Of a stretch of 64,000 bases of DNA, positions 9,612 through 19,255 are shown piece by piece. How positions within the stretch are numbered: the first letter of the stretch is position 1; every line of letters begins with the position of its first letter. Source of the stretch: Rickettsiales bacterium (lineage in GTDB: Bacteria; Pseudomonadota; Alphaproteobacteria; Rickettsiales; UBA3002); NCBI GenBank assembly GCA_044237845.1, contig JBIIEL010000002.1:6550-70549 (forward strand). Reading direction: 5' to 3'. The notes under the pieces were generated by a model, which was not told where the DNA came from, made no database searches, and was given only the letters and a program-made list of their open reading frames with translations. The position numbers and the translations under genes are program-made.

Positions 9612-9901
9612 AACACATTTCGCTGATGATTCTTCTCGCCACGCTGATCGCGACGCCGGCGCTGGCGCGCAAATATATGCCGGATTGTATTCCCTCGCCG
9701 AGCCAGGATGCGCCGCCATGCGATATTAAAAACGAGCCCGGCGCGCTGCCGAGCCTAATCAAAGACACGCCTGTTGCTGCGCCGGACGTGGAAGCGGTGA
9801 AGCAAGCGCCTGCACCTGTTGCGACACCTGCACCACCGCCCGTTCCGAAGCCTGTCCGCGCCCGCAAAGCCCGCGCGCACAAAAAACAGAAAGCGCACTA
9901 A
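9608..9901 (+). CDS. Small exported Pro/Ala-rich protein
   Basis: Signal peptide; overlaps both the carA stop and the carB start. Confidence 0.7.
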   Translation: MKHISLMILLATLIATPALARKYMPDCIPSPSQDAPPCDIKNEPGALPSLIKDTPVAAPDVEAVKQAPAPVATPAPPPVPKPVRARKARAHKKQKAH

Positions 9902-12900
9902 TGCCTAAACGTACTGACATTAAATCCATCCTTATCATCGGCGCGGGGCCGATTGTTATCGGGCAGGCGTGTGAGTTTGATTACTCCGGCACGCAGGCGG
10001 TGAAAACGCTGAAGGCCGAAGGCTTCCGTGTGATTCTCGTCAACAGTAACCCGGCGACGATTATGACCGACCCGGAGCTGGCGGACGCGACCTATATCGA
10101 GCCGATCACGCCGGAGTTCGTGGAGAAGATCATCGCGCGCGAACGGCCAGATGCGCTGCTGCCGACCATGGGTGGCCAAACGGCGCTCAACTGCGCGAAG
10201 GCGCTGGCCGAGAGCGGCGTATTGAAGAAGTACAATGTAGAGCTGATCGGCGCGCAGCTTGAGAGCATCAACAAAGCGGAAGACCGTTTGCTGTTTGGTC
10301 AGGCGATGGCGAAAATCGGCCTCGCGGTGCCGAAGAACGTGGTGGTGAAAACGCTCGACGAAGCGCGCGAGGCGATGAAAGAAATCGGCCTGCCTGCCAT
10401 CATCCGCCCCAGCTTCACGATGGGTGGTTCCGGCGGCGGCATCGCCTATAACCACGAGGAGTTTGAAGCGATTGTCGCGAGCGGGCTTGATGCTTCACCC
10501 GTCGGTGAGGTGATGATCGACGAGAGCGTGCTCGGCTGGAAAGAATACGAAATGGAAGTGGTGCGCGATAAGGCAGATAACTGCATTATCGTGTGCAGCA
10601 TTGAAAATATCGACCCGATGGGCGTACATACCGGCGACAGCATTACCGTTGCCCCGGCGCTGACGCTGACGGATAAAGAATACCAAATCATGCGCGATGC
10701 GAGCATCGCCGTGCTGCGCGAGATCGGCGTGGATACGGGCGGTTCCAACGTGCAGTTCGCGGTGAACCCCGAGAACGGACGCATGGTGGTGATCGAGATG
10801 AACCCGCGCGTGAGCCGGAGTTCCGCGCTGGCGTCGAAAGCGACGGGGTTCCCGATTGCGAAAGTCGCGGCGAAGCTGGCGGTGGGCTATACGCTCGATG
10901 AAATTCTCAATGACGTGACGAAGGCGACTCCGGCGAGCTTCGAGCCGACCATCGATTATATCGTGACGAAAGTGCCGCGCTTCACGTTCGAGAAATTCCC
11001 CGGTGCGGAAGCGACGCTGACCACGGCGATGAAATCAGTCGGCGAGAGCATGGCGATGGGGCGCAATTTCTGCGAGTCGCTGCAAAAGGCACTGCGCTCG
11101 CTGGAGACCGGCCTGACGGGGCTCGATGCGATTACGGTGGAAGGCGAGAACGCACTCGACAGCGTGCGCAGCCGCTTGTCCATCGCCGCGCCGGATCGTT
11201 TGCTCGTGATTGGTCAGGCGCTCCGCCTCGGCATGAGCCACGAGGAAATTCACCGCATCACCAAATATGACCCGTGGTTCCTCGCGCAGCTGCAACAGAT
11301 TGTGGACGCAGAGAATTGGGTGAAGGCAAACGGTTTGCCGGAGGCGGCGGAGGATCTGCATCACCTCAAATCGCTCGGCTTCTCGGACAAGCAATTGGCG
11401 AAGTTAGTCGTCAGTCGTCAGTCGTCAGTCGTCAGCGAAAACGATGTACGCGCGCTGCGGCATAAGCTCGGGGTGCGCCCGGTGTTCAAACGGGTGGATA
11501 CCTGCGCGGCGGAATTCGCCTCGCTCACGCCGTATATGTATTCGACGTACGAAGTCGTCAGTCGTCAGTCGTCAGTCGTCAGTGTAGAGAGCTGCGAAGC
11601 AGCGCCGACGGATCGTAAAAAGATCGTGATTCTGGGTGGTGGGCCAAACCGGATTGGTCAAGGGATTGAGTTCGATTATTGCTGTGTGCATGCTTCGTAT
11701 GCACTGCGCGCACCACTCGACTCTCGACTCTCGACTCTCGACTCTCCTGCCTTCGAAACCATCATGATCAACTGCAACCCGGAAACGGTGTCGACGGATT
11801 ATGATACCTCCGACCGCCTCTATTTCGAGCCGCTGACGGCGGAGGACGTGATCGAGATTATCGAACGCGAAAAACAGAATGGCGAAGTGGTCGGCGCGAT
11901 TGTGCAGTTCGGCGGGCAAACACCGCTGAAACTCGCCCATGCGCTGGAGACAGCGGGCGTGCCGATCATTGGCACTTCGGTTGATTCGATTGATCTGGCC
12001 GAAGACCGCGAGCGTTTCCAGCAGTTGCTGATTTCGCTCAGCCTCAAGCAACCGAAGAACGCAATTTGCAAACATATCGACGAGGTGCTGCCTGCGGCGG
12101 CGGCGATTGGCTACCCCGTGGTGGTGCGCCCGTCATACGTGCTCGGTGGCCGCGCGATGCGCATTATTCACGATGCTGAAACGCTGGCGAGCTACATCAA
12201 AGAACTGCTCAGCCTGTTTGGCGACGGGCCGATTCTGCTCGACTCCTACCTTCAGGACGCGATCGAGCTGGATGTGGATTGCCTCTCCGACGGCACGGAG
12301 TGTTTTGTCGCCGGCATTATGGAACATATCGAGGAAGCGGGCATTCACTCCGGCGATTCGGCCTGCTCGCTGCCGCCTTATTCGCTGCCGGATGCGGTGG
12401 TGGATGAGGTGCGTACGCAAACGATTGCGCTCGCCAAAGCACTGAAAGTGCGCGGGCTGATGAACGTGCAGTTCGCGGTGAAAGAAGGCGATATCTATAT
12501 CATTGAGGTAAATCCGCGCGCGAGCCGCACCACGCCGTTCGTGGCGAAGGCAACCGGGATTCCGATTGCGAAAATCGCGGCGCGGTTGATGGCGGGTTCG
12601 TCGCTCGCGGAGTTCAACTTGCCGGATGACCGCGCGCATATGAAAGCCCTCGGCCATGTGGCGGTGAAAGAGGTGGTGTTTCCCTTCGCGCGCTTTGCCG
12701 GGGTGGATGTGATTCTGGGGCCGGAGATGAAATCGACCGGCGAGACGATGGGGCTCGACCGCAGCTTCGCCGCTGCGTTCGGCAAAGGGTTCGTCGCGGC
12801 GGGGTCCAGTTTGCCAAAGACGGGAACCGTGTTTTTATCCGTGAAAGACCGTGACAAAGGGGCCGCGAAATCCCTCGCGCGGGATCTGATGGCGCTGGGG

Positions 12901-13248
12901 TTTACGGTGGTCTGCACGCGCGGCACGGGGGAGTATTTGCAAGGCCAAGGCATCGCGGTGGGCATCGTCAACAAGGTGCGCGAAGGGCGGCCACATATTG
13001 TCGACATTATGAAGGACGGCGGCATTCAGCTGGTGCTCAACACCACCGAGGGCGCGAAGGCGATTGCCGATTCCGCTGCGATTCGCCGCACGGCGCTGTT
13101 TGGCAAAATTCCGTATTCGACCACGCTTTCCGGCGCGCGGGCAATGGTGCAGGCGATGGCCGCACTGACGTCACTGCCCGGCGGGTTTGATGTTGCGCCG
13201 CTGCAGAGTTATTTCGCCAAAGGGGTAGGCAAAAAGGACGCGGCTTAG
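9901..13248 (+). CDS. carB: Carbamoyl-phosphate synthase large subunit
   Basis: [30 protein letters not shown]; two ATP-grasp halves. Confidence 0.99.
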   Translation: MPKRTDIKSILIIGAGPIVIGQACEFDYSGTQAVKTLKAEGFRVILVNSNPATIMTDPELADATYIEPITPEFVEKIIARERPDALLPTMGGQTALNCAKALAESGVLKKYNVELIGAQLESINKAEDRLLFGQAMAKIGLAVPKNVVVKTLDEAREAMKEIGLPAIIRPSFTMGGSGGGIAYNHEEFEAIVASGLDASPVGEVMIDESVLGWKEYEMEVVRDKADNCIIVCSIENIDPMGVHTGDSITVAPALTLTDKEYQIMRDASIAVLREIGVDTGGSNVQFAVNPENGRMVVIEMNPRVSRSSALASKATGFPIAKVAAKLAVGYTLDEILNDVTKATPASFEPTIDYIVTKVPRFTFEKFPGAEATLTTAMKSVGESMAMGRNFCESLQKALRSLETGLTGLDAITVEGENALDSVRSRLSIAAPDRLLVIGQALRLGMSHEEIHRITKYDPWFLAQLQQIVDAENWVKANGLPEAAEDLHHLKSLGFSDKQLAKLVVSRQSSVVSENDVRALRHKLGVRPVFKRVDTCAAEFASLTPYMYSTYEVVSRQSSVVSVESCEAAPTDRKKIVILGGGPNRIGQGIEFDYCCVHASYALRAPLDSRLSTLDSPAFETIMINCNPETVSTDYDTSDRLYFEPLTAEDVIEIIEREKQNGEVVGAIVQFGGQTPLKLAHALETAGVPIIGTSVDSIDLAEDRERFQQLLISLSLKQPKNAICKHIDEVLPAAAAIGYPVVVRPSYVLGGRAMRIIHDAETLASYIKELLSLFGDGPILLDSYLQDAIELDVDCLSDGTECFVAGIMEHIEEAGIHSGDSACSLPPYSLPDAVVDEVRTQTIALAKALKVRGLMNVQFAVKEGDIYIIEVNPRASRTTPFVAKATGIPIAKIAARLMAGSSLAEFNLPDDRAHMKALGHVAVKEVVFPFARFAGVDVILGPEMKSTGETMGLDRSFAAAFGKGFVAAGSSLPKTGTVFLSVKDRDKGAAKSLARDLMALGFTVVCTRGTGEYLQGQGIAVGIVNKVREGRPHIVDIMKDGGIQLVLNTTEGAKAIADSAAIRRTALFGKIPYSTTLSGARAMVQAMAALTSLPGGFDVAPLQSYFAKGVGKKDAA
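11406..11435 (+). repeat. (AGTCGTC)x4 heptamer tract inside carB
   Basis: Read directly; encodes [10 protein letters not shown]. Confidence 0.95.
11553..11583 (+). repeat. (AGTCGTC)x4 heptamer tract inside carB
   Basis: Read directly; encodes [10 protein letters not shown]. Confidence 0.95.
11716..11746 (+). repeat. (CTCGACT)x4 heptamer tract inside carB
   Basis: Read directly; encodes [10 protein letters not shown]. Confidence 0.95.
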
Positions 13249-13378
13249 TATATCCTTGAAGAGGGCTCTTTGCCCCCTACGTTACGCACGATAATCGCAT
13301 AGGTGTGTGTACTAACATGCTTGCCTCGTGCGCGGGGGATGGCGTATAAGTGATGTTCTCACTGAAGGACGAAGACCA

Positions 13379-13852
13379 ATGGAAAAAATACCGATGACGG
13401 CCGTGGGATATGAGCGGCTGGAAAAAGAATTGAAGCAGCTCAAAAGCGTGGAACGCCCGGCGGTGATCGAGGCGATCAGCGAAGCGCGCGCGCACGGTGA
13501 TTTGAAAGAGAATGCGGAATATCACGCGGCGAAAGAGAAGCAGAGCTTCATCGAGGGGCGGATTATGGAGCTAGAGGCCATCATCAGCCGCGCGGAGGTG
13601 ATTGATGTGGCAGCCATGAGCGGCGAGCATATCAAGTTCGGCGCGACGGTGACGGTCATCGACGAAGAAAGCGAAGAGAAGCTGACCTATCAGCTGGTCT
13701 CGGATTCAGAAGCGGATATCAAGCGCGGGCTGATTTCGATTTCGGCACCGATTGGCCGGGCGCTCATCGGCAAGAAAAAAGGCACCAGCGTGGAAGTGGC
13801 GACGCCCAAAGGCGCACGTTTCTACGAAGTGCTGCATGTGGAGTTTAAGTAA
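13379..13852 (+). CDS. greA: Transcription elongation factor GreA
   Basis: [19 protein letters not shown]; [13 protein letters not shown]. Confidence 0.98.
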   Translation: MEKIPMTAVGYERLEKELKQLKSVERPAVIEAISEARAHGDLKENAEYHAAKEKQSFIEGRIMELEAIISRAEVIDVAAMSGEHIKFGATVTVIDEESEEKLTYQLVSDSEADIKRGLISISAPIGRALIGKKKGTSVEVATPKGARFYEVLHVEFK

Positions 13853-13957
13853 TGGGTTTGCTCCCGGCTATTTCTTATGAAGTCACCATGGAGCACCCTT
13901 CGCGGGCTGATGGCTCGCGAGGTCTACTGACCTCGCACGAGGTAACACAGAGGTAAC

Positions 13958-14929
13958 ATGACGACCATCTGGGGACTGATTGACGACCGCACCGGCCATA
14001 CGGGGCAGGTGCTCGGTGTGATAGGTAAGCTCGGCGTGCCCTATGTGCTAAAGCGGCTCGAATATAATGCGCTCGGCAACCTGTTGCCACCGTCGCTGCT
14101 GGGTGCGACCATGATGCAACTGAACAAAGAAATGAGCGCGCCGCTTGAGCCGCCTTATCCGCCGCTTGTCATCGCCTCGGGCAGACGCACATTGCCGGTG
14201 CTGCGCGCGATTAAAAAAGCATCCCCCACCACCAAAACCATCTACCTGATGTGGCCAGAAGTGCAGCGCGATGTCGATCTTATCGTGGTGCCAGAGCATG
14301 ACCATGCACCGGATGGTGAGAACATTGTGAAAACACTGGCACCGCTGCATGCGGTGACGCCCGAAGCCCTTACCATCGCCCGTGCCGAATGGGAGCCACA
14401 GCTTGCACATCTGCCGCGGCCGTTTATCGGGCTGGTGATTGGCGGCAAAACAAAGCTGGGTGATTATAGTGCCGCAGAATGGCATCAACTCATCAGCCGC
14501 GCGAGTAGTTTGGTGGGCGAGGGCACCTTGCTGATTACGACCAGTAGGCGCACGCCGCCTGAGGCGCTCGAGATTTTTCTACCGTTGCTGCATACGCCTT
14601 ATCTGCTACATCGCTGGGATCGCGATAAGGATAATCCCTATCTCGGCATTCTCGCGCTCGCCGATGCGATTGTGGTGACGGGCGATTCGCTCTCGATGTG
14701 TGCGGAGGCCTGCGTGCCAGGTGTGCCGGTGTTCATTTATGCCAGCCGCCATGTTGCGCCACCAAAACATCTGGCGCTGCACAAGGCACTCTATCAGCGC
14801 GGTCTCGCGCATCCGCTCGATGCCAATGCCATGCTAGACTGGAAACCTACCGCTGTCGTGAGCGATGCAGAAAATGTTGCAAACGCAATCCGCACACGCT
14901 TTCCGGAGGCGTTTTTAGAAAATGTCTAG
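13958..14929 (+). CDS. ELM1/GtrOC1 (DUF1022) family protein
   Basis: GHTGQVLG, DLIVVPEHD, TSRRTP, NPYLGILA...VTGDSLSM; follows greA as in other alphaproteobacteria. Confidence 0.85.
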   Translation: MTTIWGLIDDRTGHTGQVLGVIGKLGVPYVLKRLEYNALGNLLPPSLLGATMMQLNKEMSAPLEPPYPPLVIASGRRTLPVLRAIKKASPTTKTIYLMWPEVQRDVDLIVVPEHDHAPDGENIVKTLAPLHAVTPEALTIARAEWEPQLAHLPRPFIGLVIGGKTKLGDYSAAEWHQLISRASSLVGEGTLLITTSRRTPPEALEIFLPLLHTPYLLHRWDRDKDNPYLGILALADAIVVTGDSLSMCAEACVPGVPVFIYASRHVAPPKHLALHKALYQRGLAHPLDANAMLDWKPTAVVSDAENVANAIRTRFPEAFLENV

Positions 14930-15702
14930 AGCCCCATCAGGAAACTTTGGTGGCAGACCTGCTCCGTGTTGCTGATGACATAACCGCTCACTGGGCTCGA
15001 AACACAATTGTAGCTCTCGTAATCTATATGATAGCCAATGATATTGCCGGTATACGCGCTGCCATCGTCGGCTTTGGTATCGATATATTGCGCATCCTCA
15101 GGCGTATAACCGCCACCCATACCCTCGTCTCCCTCTTGCTCAGTACCGTCCGCAAGGCCAAGGGTGAGCGCGTTGGCGCCGACTGTGAACCAATTGACTG
15201 ACCAGCTTGCGGGCGTTAGCCGTGATGCGGGAACATTCACGCCGGGCGCAAACATCGTCGGCCCCAAGGTCTGCAGCCCCGTATAAAATCCCTCAATCAG
15301 CCCTGCGTTGGATAAATGTTGCCAGAAGCGCACGCGTTCTTTCTCAGAGGCCACGGTGTTCTCACCGAGCCTCCCGTTACCGTCGCCGTTGCAGGTGAGT
15401 TGGCCATCGTAAAGCGTTGCTGCCAGACATGACGCATCCACCCCATCGGCCGTGCCGCCGCTCAAAGGTCCCCAGTAGCGAACGGCATTGCGCATATCGC
15501 CGGGCAAGGCGCGGTATTGATCTTTGAAAGCAACCGTGGCAGCGCGGTATTTCTGTGATTCCGTAATAGCGTGGTTCAGCTTAGTCGTGTGGATTAGCGC
15601 GCGCCCCACCAACACACCACCGACCAATAAGCCGATAATGACCAGTACAATGGCAATTTCAACAAGGGTGAAGCCGTGACGATATGTACTGTTCTGTTTC
15701 AT
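14926..15702 (-). CDS. Prepilin-type N-terminal cleavage/methylation protein (pilin-like)
   Basis: HG/FTLVEIAIVLVIIGLLVGGVLVG; ALPGDM; IDTKADDG. Confidence 0.9.
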   Translation of the reverse strand: MKQNSTYRHGFTLVEIAIVLVIIGLLVGGVLVGRALIHTTKLNHAITESQKYRAATVAFKDQYRALPGDMRNAVRYWGPLSGGTADGVDASCLAATLYDGQLTCNGDGNGRLGENTVASEKERVRFWQHLSNAGLIEGFYTGLQTLGPTMFAPGVNVPASRLTPASWSVNWFTVGANALTLGLADGTEQEGDEGMGGGYTPEDAQYIDTKADDGSAYTGNIIGYHIDYESYNCVSSPVSGYVISNTEQVCHQSFLMGL

Positions 15703-16514
15703 TAGTACCCCGTAAGGAAGAAGAGATGACAAGCTACTTGGGCATTGGCACTATCATAGATAAAATCAAATCCGGTGGTGCCAGGAAGGACGCAGTCCGG
15801 GTAGTCCCAAGAGTTTGAAGTGACAATCGTGCCAGAACTGGGCACCCCATCGTCTGTCTTCACATCAATATTATAGGCATCCAAACCCGTTAGAACGCCG
15901 CCCCATCCTGGTGTAGGCATTGAAGTAGGGTCAACACCTGACCCGAAGGCCAAGTAATTATTCCACACGGCCTCAAATTCAATCATAGTTAGTGTGGTAG
16001 GTGGACGCCAATTTATGGACCAGCCAGCGGTTGGCAATTTAGAAACCGGAACATTGGTACCGGGAACAATGACATCGGTTGCATCGGCTATGCCGGAAAA
16101 ACGACCTCCAATCAACTCTGCATTGGCGAGATGCTGCCAGAAGCGGTAGTTTTCCGGATCGTCCCCGGTTGTTATATCAATGCCTACCTGCCCATTACCA
16201 TTTCCGTTGCATGTGGCAGTTGTGGTGCTGGGGGTGGTGAGGGCCTGGCATGTGGCATCAACCCCTTCAGTAGTGCTGCCTGCGGCGGCACCCCAGAAGC
16301 TGACGGCGTTGGCCATATCGCCGGGGAGTGCATAATATTTATCGCGAAAGGTACCCATGGCGGCGGTATATTTTGCTGCCTCACGCGGCACCGCTTGCAA
16401 ATGTGACGCATGAATGAGGTCTTTTCCAACCAGCACGCCGCCGACCAGCAGACCGATGATTACCAGCACAACGGCTGCCTCAATCAGCGTAAAACCGTGA
16501 CGCGCGCGCGGCAT
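15702..16514 (-). CDS. Prepilin-type N-terminal cleavage/methylation protein (paralog of the adjacent gene)
   Basis: HG/FTLIEAAVVLVIIGLLVGGVLVG; ALPGDM; IDVKTDDG. Confidence 0.9.
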   Translation of the reverse strand: MPRARHGFTLIEAAVVLVIIGLLVGGVLVGKDLIHASHLQAVPREAAKYTAAMGTFRDKYYALPGDMANAVSFWGAAAGSTTEGVDATCQALTTPSTTTATCNGNGNGQVGIDITTGDDPENYRFWQHLANAELIGGRFSGIADATDVIVPGTNVPVSKLPTAGWSINWRPPTTLTMIEFEAVWNNYLAFGSGVDPTSMPTPGWGGVLTGLDAYNIDVKTDDGVPSSGTIVTSNSWDYPDCVLPGTTGFDFIYDSANAQVACHLFFLTGY

Positions 16515-16549
16515 AGAGCCCCCCCTTACATGATGCAAGAGAGTATACC

Positions 16550-17797
16550 CTAGTCGTGCTTTTGAATCCAGTCGGTAATGACGGGACGCACCTGCTCGCG
16601 CCATTTGCGACCGTTGAAGATGCCATAATGCCCCACTCCGGCAGCGAGGTGGTATTTTTTCTTGGCGGCGGCAAGGTTGGTCGCGATCTCGAGCGCGGCT
16701 TTGGTCTGGCCGATGCCGGAGATATCATCCAGTTCGCCCTCGATGGTGAGGATGGCGGTTTTGGTAATCGCATCCGGCCGCACGCGCTGCTCATAATGGT
16801 AAAAATGCCCATCCGGCAGCGAGTGTTTGTGGAACACTTCCTCGATCGTCTGCAGGTAATATTCCGCCGGCAAATCCGCCACGGCGAGATATTCGTTATA
16901 GAAGTCGCGGTGCGCTTTGGCCTTCTCGCCATCGCCGACGACGAGATGGTTGAACAGCTCCACATGCGCGTCTTTATGGCGCTCGAAATTCATGCTCATG
17001 AAGCCCGCAAGCTGCAGGAATCCAGGGTACACCCGGCGCATAAAGCCCGGATGGTTGAGCGGCACGCGGCTGATCACGTTGCTCTCGAACCACTCGATGG
17101 AGTGTTCTTTGCTGAACTGATTCACTTTGGTCGGCGCTTTGCGCGTATCGACCGGCCCGCCCATCAGCGTCATGGTGAGGGGGGTGCAGGGGTCTTTGAT
17201 GTCGTTCATGATGGCGACCGCCGCGAGCAGCGGCACCGAAGGCTGGCACACCGCCAGCGTATGCGCGCCGGGGCCAATGAAACGCAGGAATTCGAGCACG
17301 TAGTCAACATAGGTATCGAGGTTGAACTCGCCCTTATAGAGCGGCACGTCGCGCCCGTTCGCCCAGTCGGTGATATAGACATCGTGATGCGGCAGGAACG
17401 CCTCGACCGTGCCGCGCAGCAGTGTGGCGTAGTGGCCGGACATCGGCGCCACGATCAGCAGTTTCTGGCTGTGTTTGGGGTGTTTGCCGGAGCGCTTGAA
17501 CTGGCGCAGGTTACAGAAGGCTTTCTCGAGCACCACTTCGTCCCACACATCCACATGGTGGTGGCCGATATTGGTATAGGTGAGGTTGAAAGCGGGTTTC
17601 GGATATTCCTGCGTGATGCGCTCCACCAGCTCACCGGCGGCGGCAATTTTGCGCCCGGCATCCGTATAGGCCAGCGGGTTCATCGGGTTGTTGAACAGAT
17701 GCTTGGTGGCATTCGCCATCATCCGCGTCGGCGCGAGGCTCGCTTGCGACATTTCCTTGAGGCTATAAAGACCAGCATTTTCAAAAATTGAAGTCAT
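16550..17797 (-). CDS. phaZ: Intracellular polyhydroxyalkanoate depolymerase
   Basis: VAPMSGHYATLLRGTV, AVCQPSVP, GELDDISGIGQT, GVGHYGIF; start uncertain. Confidence 0.95.
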   Translation of the reverse strand: MTSIFENAGLYSLKEMSQASLAPTRMMANATKHLFNNPMNPLAYTDAGRKIAAAGELVERITQEYPKPAFNLTYTNIGHHHVDVWDEVVLEKAFCNLRQFKRSGKHPKHSQKLLIVAPMSGHYATLLRGTVEAFLPHHDVYITDWANGRDVPLYKGEFNLDTYVDYVLEFLRFIGPGAHTLAVCQPSVPLLAAVAIMNDIKDPCTPLTMTLMGGPVDTRKAPTKVNQFSKEHSIEWFESNVISRVPLNHPGFMRRVYPGFLQLAGFMSMNFERHKDAHVELFNHLVVGDGEKAKAHRDFYNEYLAVADLPAEYYLQTIEEVFHKHSLPDGHFYHYEQRVRPDAITKTAILTIEGELDDISGIGQTKAALEIATNLAAAKKKYHLAAGVGHYGIFNGRKWREQVRPVITDWIQKHD

Positions 17798-18031
17798 GGG
17801 GCTTACCTTGGTTGTCTGTTTTGGCGGTTTCATGGTGCGATCACTCACCGCTCATCTTCAGAATAACAGAGAAGGATAAACAAACCGTTAATGCCCATCA
17901 TTATTCTGAAACCCCTGTATCTGGTAGTATGCAGTGCAACATACCACAACCCATAGCAGGATTGAAAGTTGTGATGTGGGGAAGGGCTACTCGCGCGGAG
18001 GTGGTGGTTAGTGCGGTGGCGTTTTGGGGAA

Positions 18032-18150
18032 TGGCGCACCCGAGACGATTGACTCGGGTCTCCTGACCCTCGCCCTACGGGTTCCTCGCACTGCTCGGAA
18101 TCCAAAACGCCTCCTGGCGTTTTGTCGAACGCCGTTCTCATCGTTCGGTC
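18032..18150 (-). repeat. tRNA-linked repeat ending in a 19-bp duplicate of the tRNA-Arg 3' end
   Basis: AATCGTCTCGGGTGCGCCA repeated at 18032-18050, preceded by a GTTCGA-containing hairpin-rich spacer. Confidence 0.7.
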
Positions 18151-18193
18151 GCAGAGGCCAATGGATAAGGGGAGAAAGAACCCCCTTATCCAT

Positions 18194-18270
18194 TGGCGCA
18201 CCCGAGACGATTCGAACGTCCGACCTTTGCCTTCGGAGGGCAACGCTCTATCCAGCTGAGCTACGGGTGC
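18194..18270 (-). tRNA. tRNA-Arg(CCG)
   Basis: GCACCCGTAGCTCAGCTGGATAGAGC...CTCCGAA...GTTCGAATC...GGGTGCGCCA. Confidence 0.97.
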
Positions 18271-18324
18271 GTGCGGGCTACATACTAAGTACTGCGCGGG
18301 CAAACAAGCTATTTTCTGACGGAG

Positions 18325-18434
18325 CGACCTTTGCGTTGGCTCGCGATGCTCGCCCCCTTACTAAGCTCACTGCGTTCGCTAAGCGTCGGGTCGGAGGGCA
18401 ACGCTCTATCCAGCTGAGCTACGGGTGCGTGCGG
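18325..18434 (-). pseudogene. Interrupted duplicate of the tRNA-Arg 5' half
   Basis: 18391-18434 identical to 18233-18276; after a ~55-nt insert it resumes with GCAAAGGTCG, then breaks off. Confidence 0.75.
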
Positions 18435-18517
18435 CCTTCATAGCCGTTCAGGGCGGCGCTGCAAATGTTTTTGTGCCCCACCGTTGACGGGGGCGTGTGC
18501 TGCTCTATGCTCACCGT

Positions 18518-19255
18518 ATGAAAAAACCCACCACATTGATTACTGGCGCCGGGGTGCGCATCGGGGCGGAGATTGCGCGGCACCTTGCGGCGCACGGGCA
18601 TGATTTGGTGCTGCATTACCATAATTCCAAGGCCGAGGCCGAAGCGCTCGCCGCCGATTTACGGGCGGCGCATGGGGCGACGGTAACGTTGGTGATGGCC
18701 GACCTAGAGGACAGCGAGGCGCTCGCGCAGTTCTGGGATGGGCTGCCCAAGGTCACGACGCTGATTCATAACGCGGCGCGGTTCATGCGTGATGATATGG
18801 CGAGTGCGACGGCGCGCGGCTTGCGTAGCCATCTTGCGGTCAACCTCGAAGCGCCGTTGCTGCTCGCGCAGGGGTTTCTTGCGCAGCTGCCAGCGGGTGA
18901 GGTGGGCGACATTATTATCCTTGGTGATGGCAGCAAAGGCTGGAGCATCGCGCCGGAATTTTTCACCTATGCCGTGAGCAAACTGGCGTGGGAATCCGTC
19001 ATCGACCTGCTCGCCGCTGCGGTGGCACCGCGCGCGCGGGCGAACGTGATCGCCCTCGCCCCGACGCTGCCGAATGCGCGCGAAACAGAGGCGATGTATG
19101 CGCGCCTCGCGAGCCACGCGCCGCTTAAACGCAACAGCTCCACACAGGAAGTCTGCTCGGCGATTGATTTCCTGCGCGCCAGCCCCGGCGTGACGGGGCA
19201 GACCATCTCGCTCGCGGCGGGCTTCGGCCTCGCCACCAAGCGGCCTGCCGTATGA
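18518..19255 (+). CDS. SDR oxidoreductase, pteridine reductase/FolM-like
   Basis: TGAGVRIG, HYHNS, YAVSK; upstream of uvrC. Confidence 0.85.
   Translation: MKKPTTLITGAGVRIGAEIARHLAAHGHDLVLHYHNSKAEAEALAADLRAAHGATVTLVMADLEDSEALAQFWDGLPKVTTLIHNAARFMRDDMASATARGLRSHLAVNLEAPLLLAQGFLAQLPAGEVGDIIILGDGSKGWSIAPEFFTYAVSKLAWESVIDLLAAAVAPRARANVIALAPTLPNARETEAMYARLASHAPLKRNSSTQEVCSAIDFLRASPGVTGQTISLAAGFGLATKRPAV

Noticed and set aside
11406-11746. Possible CRISPR array
   Set aside because: These are tandem 7-mers without spacers inside a CDS; no cas genes or repeat-spacer arrays were seen anywhere in the window.
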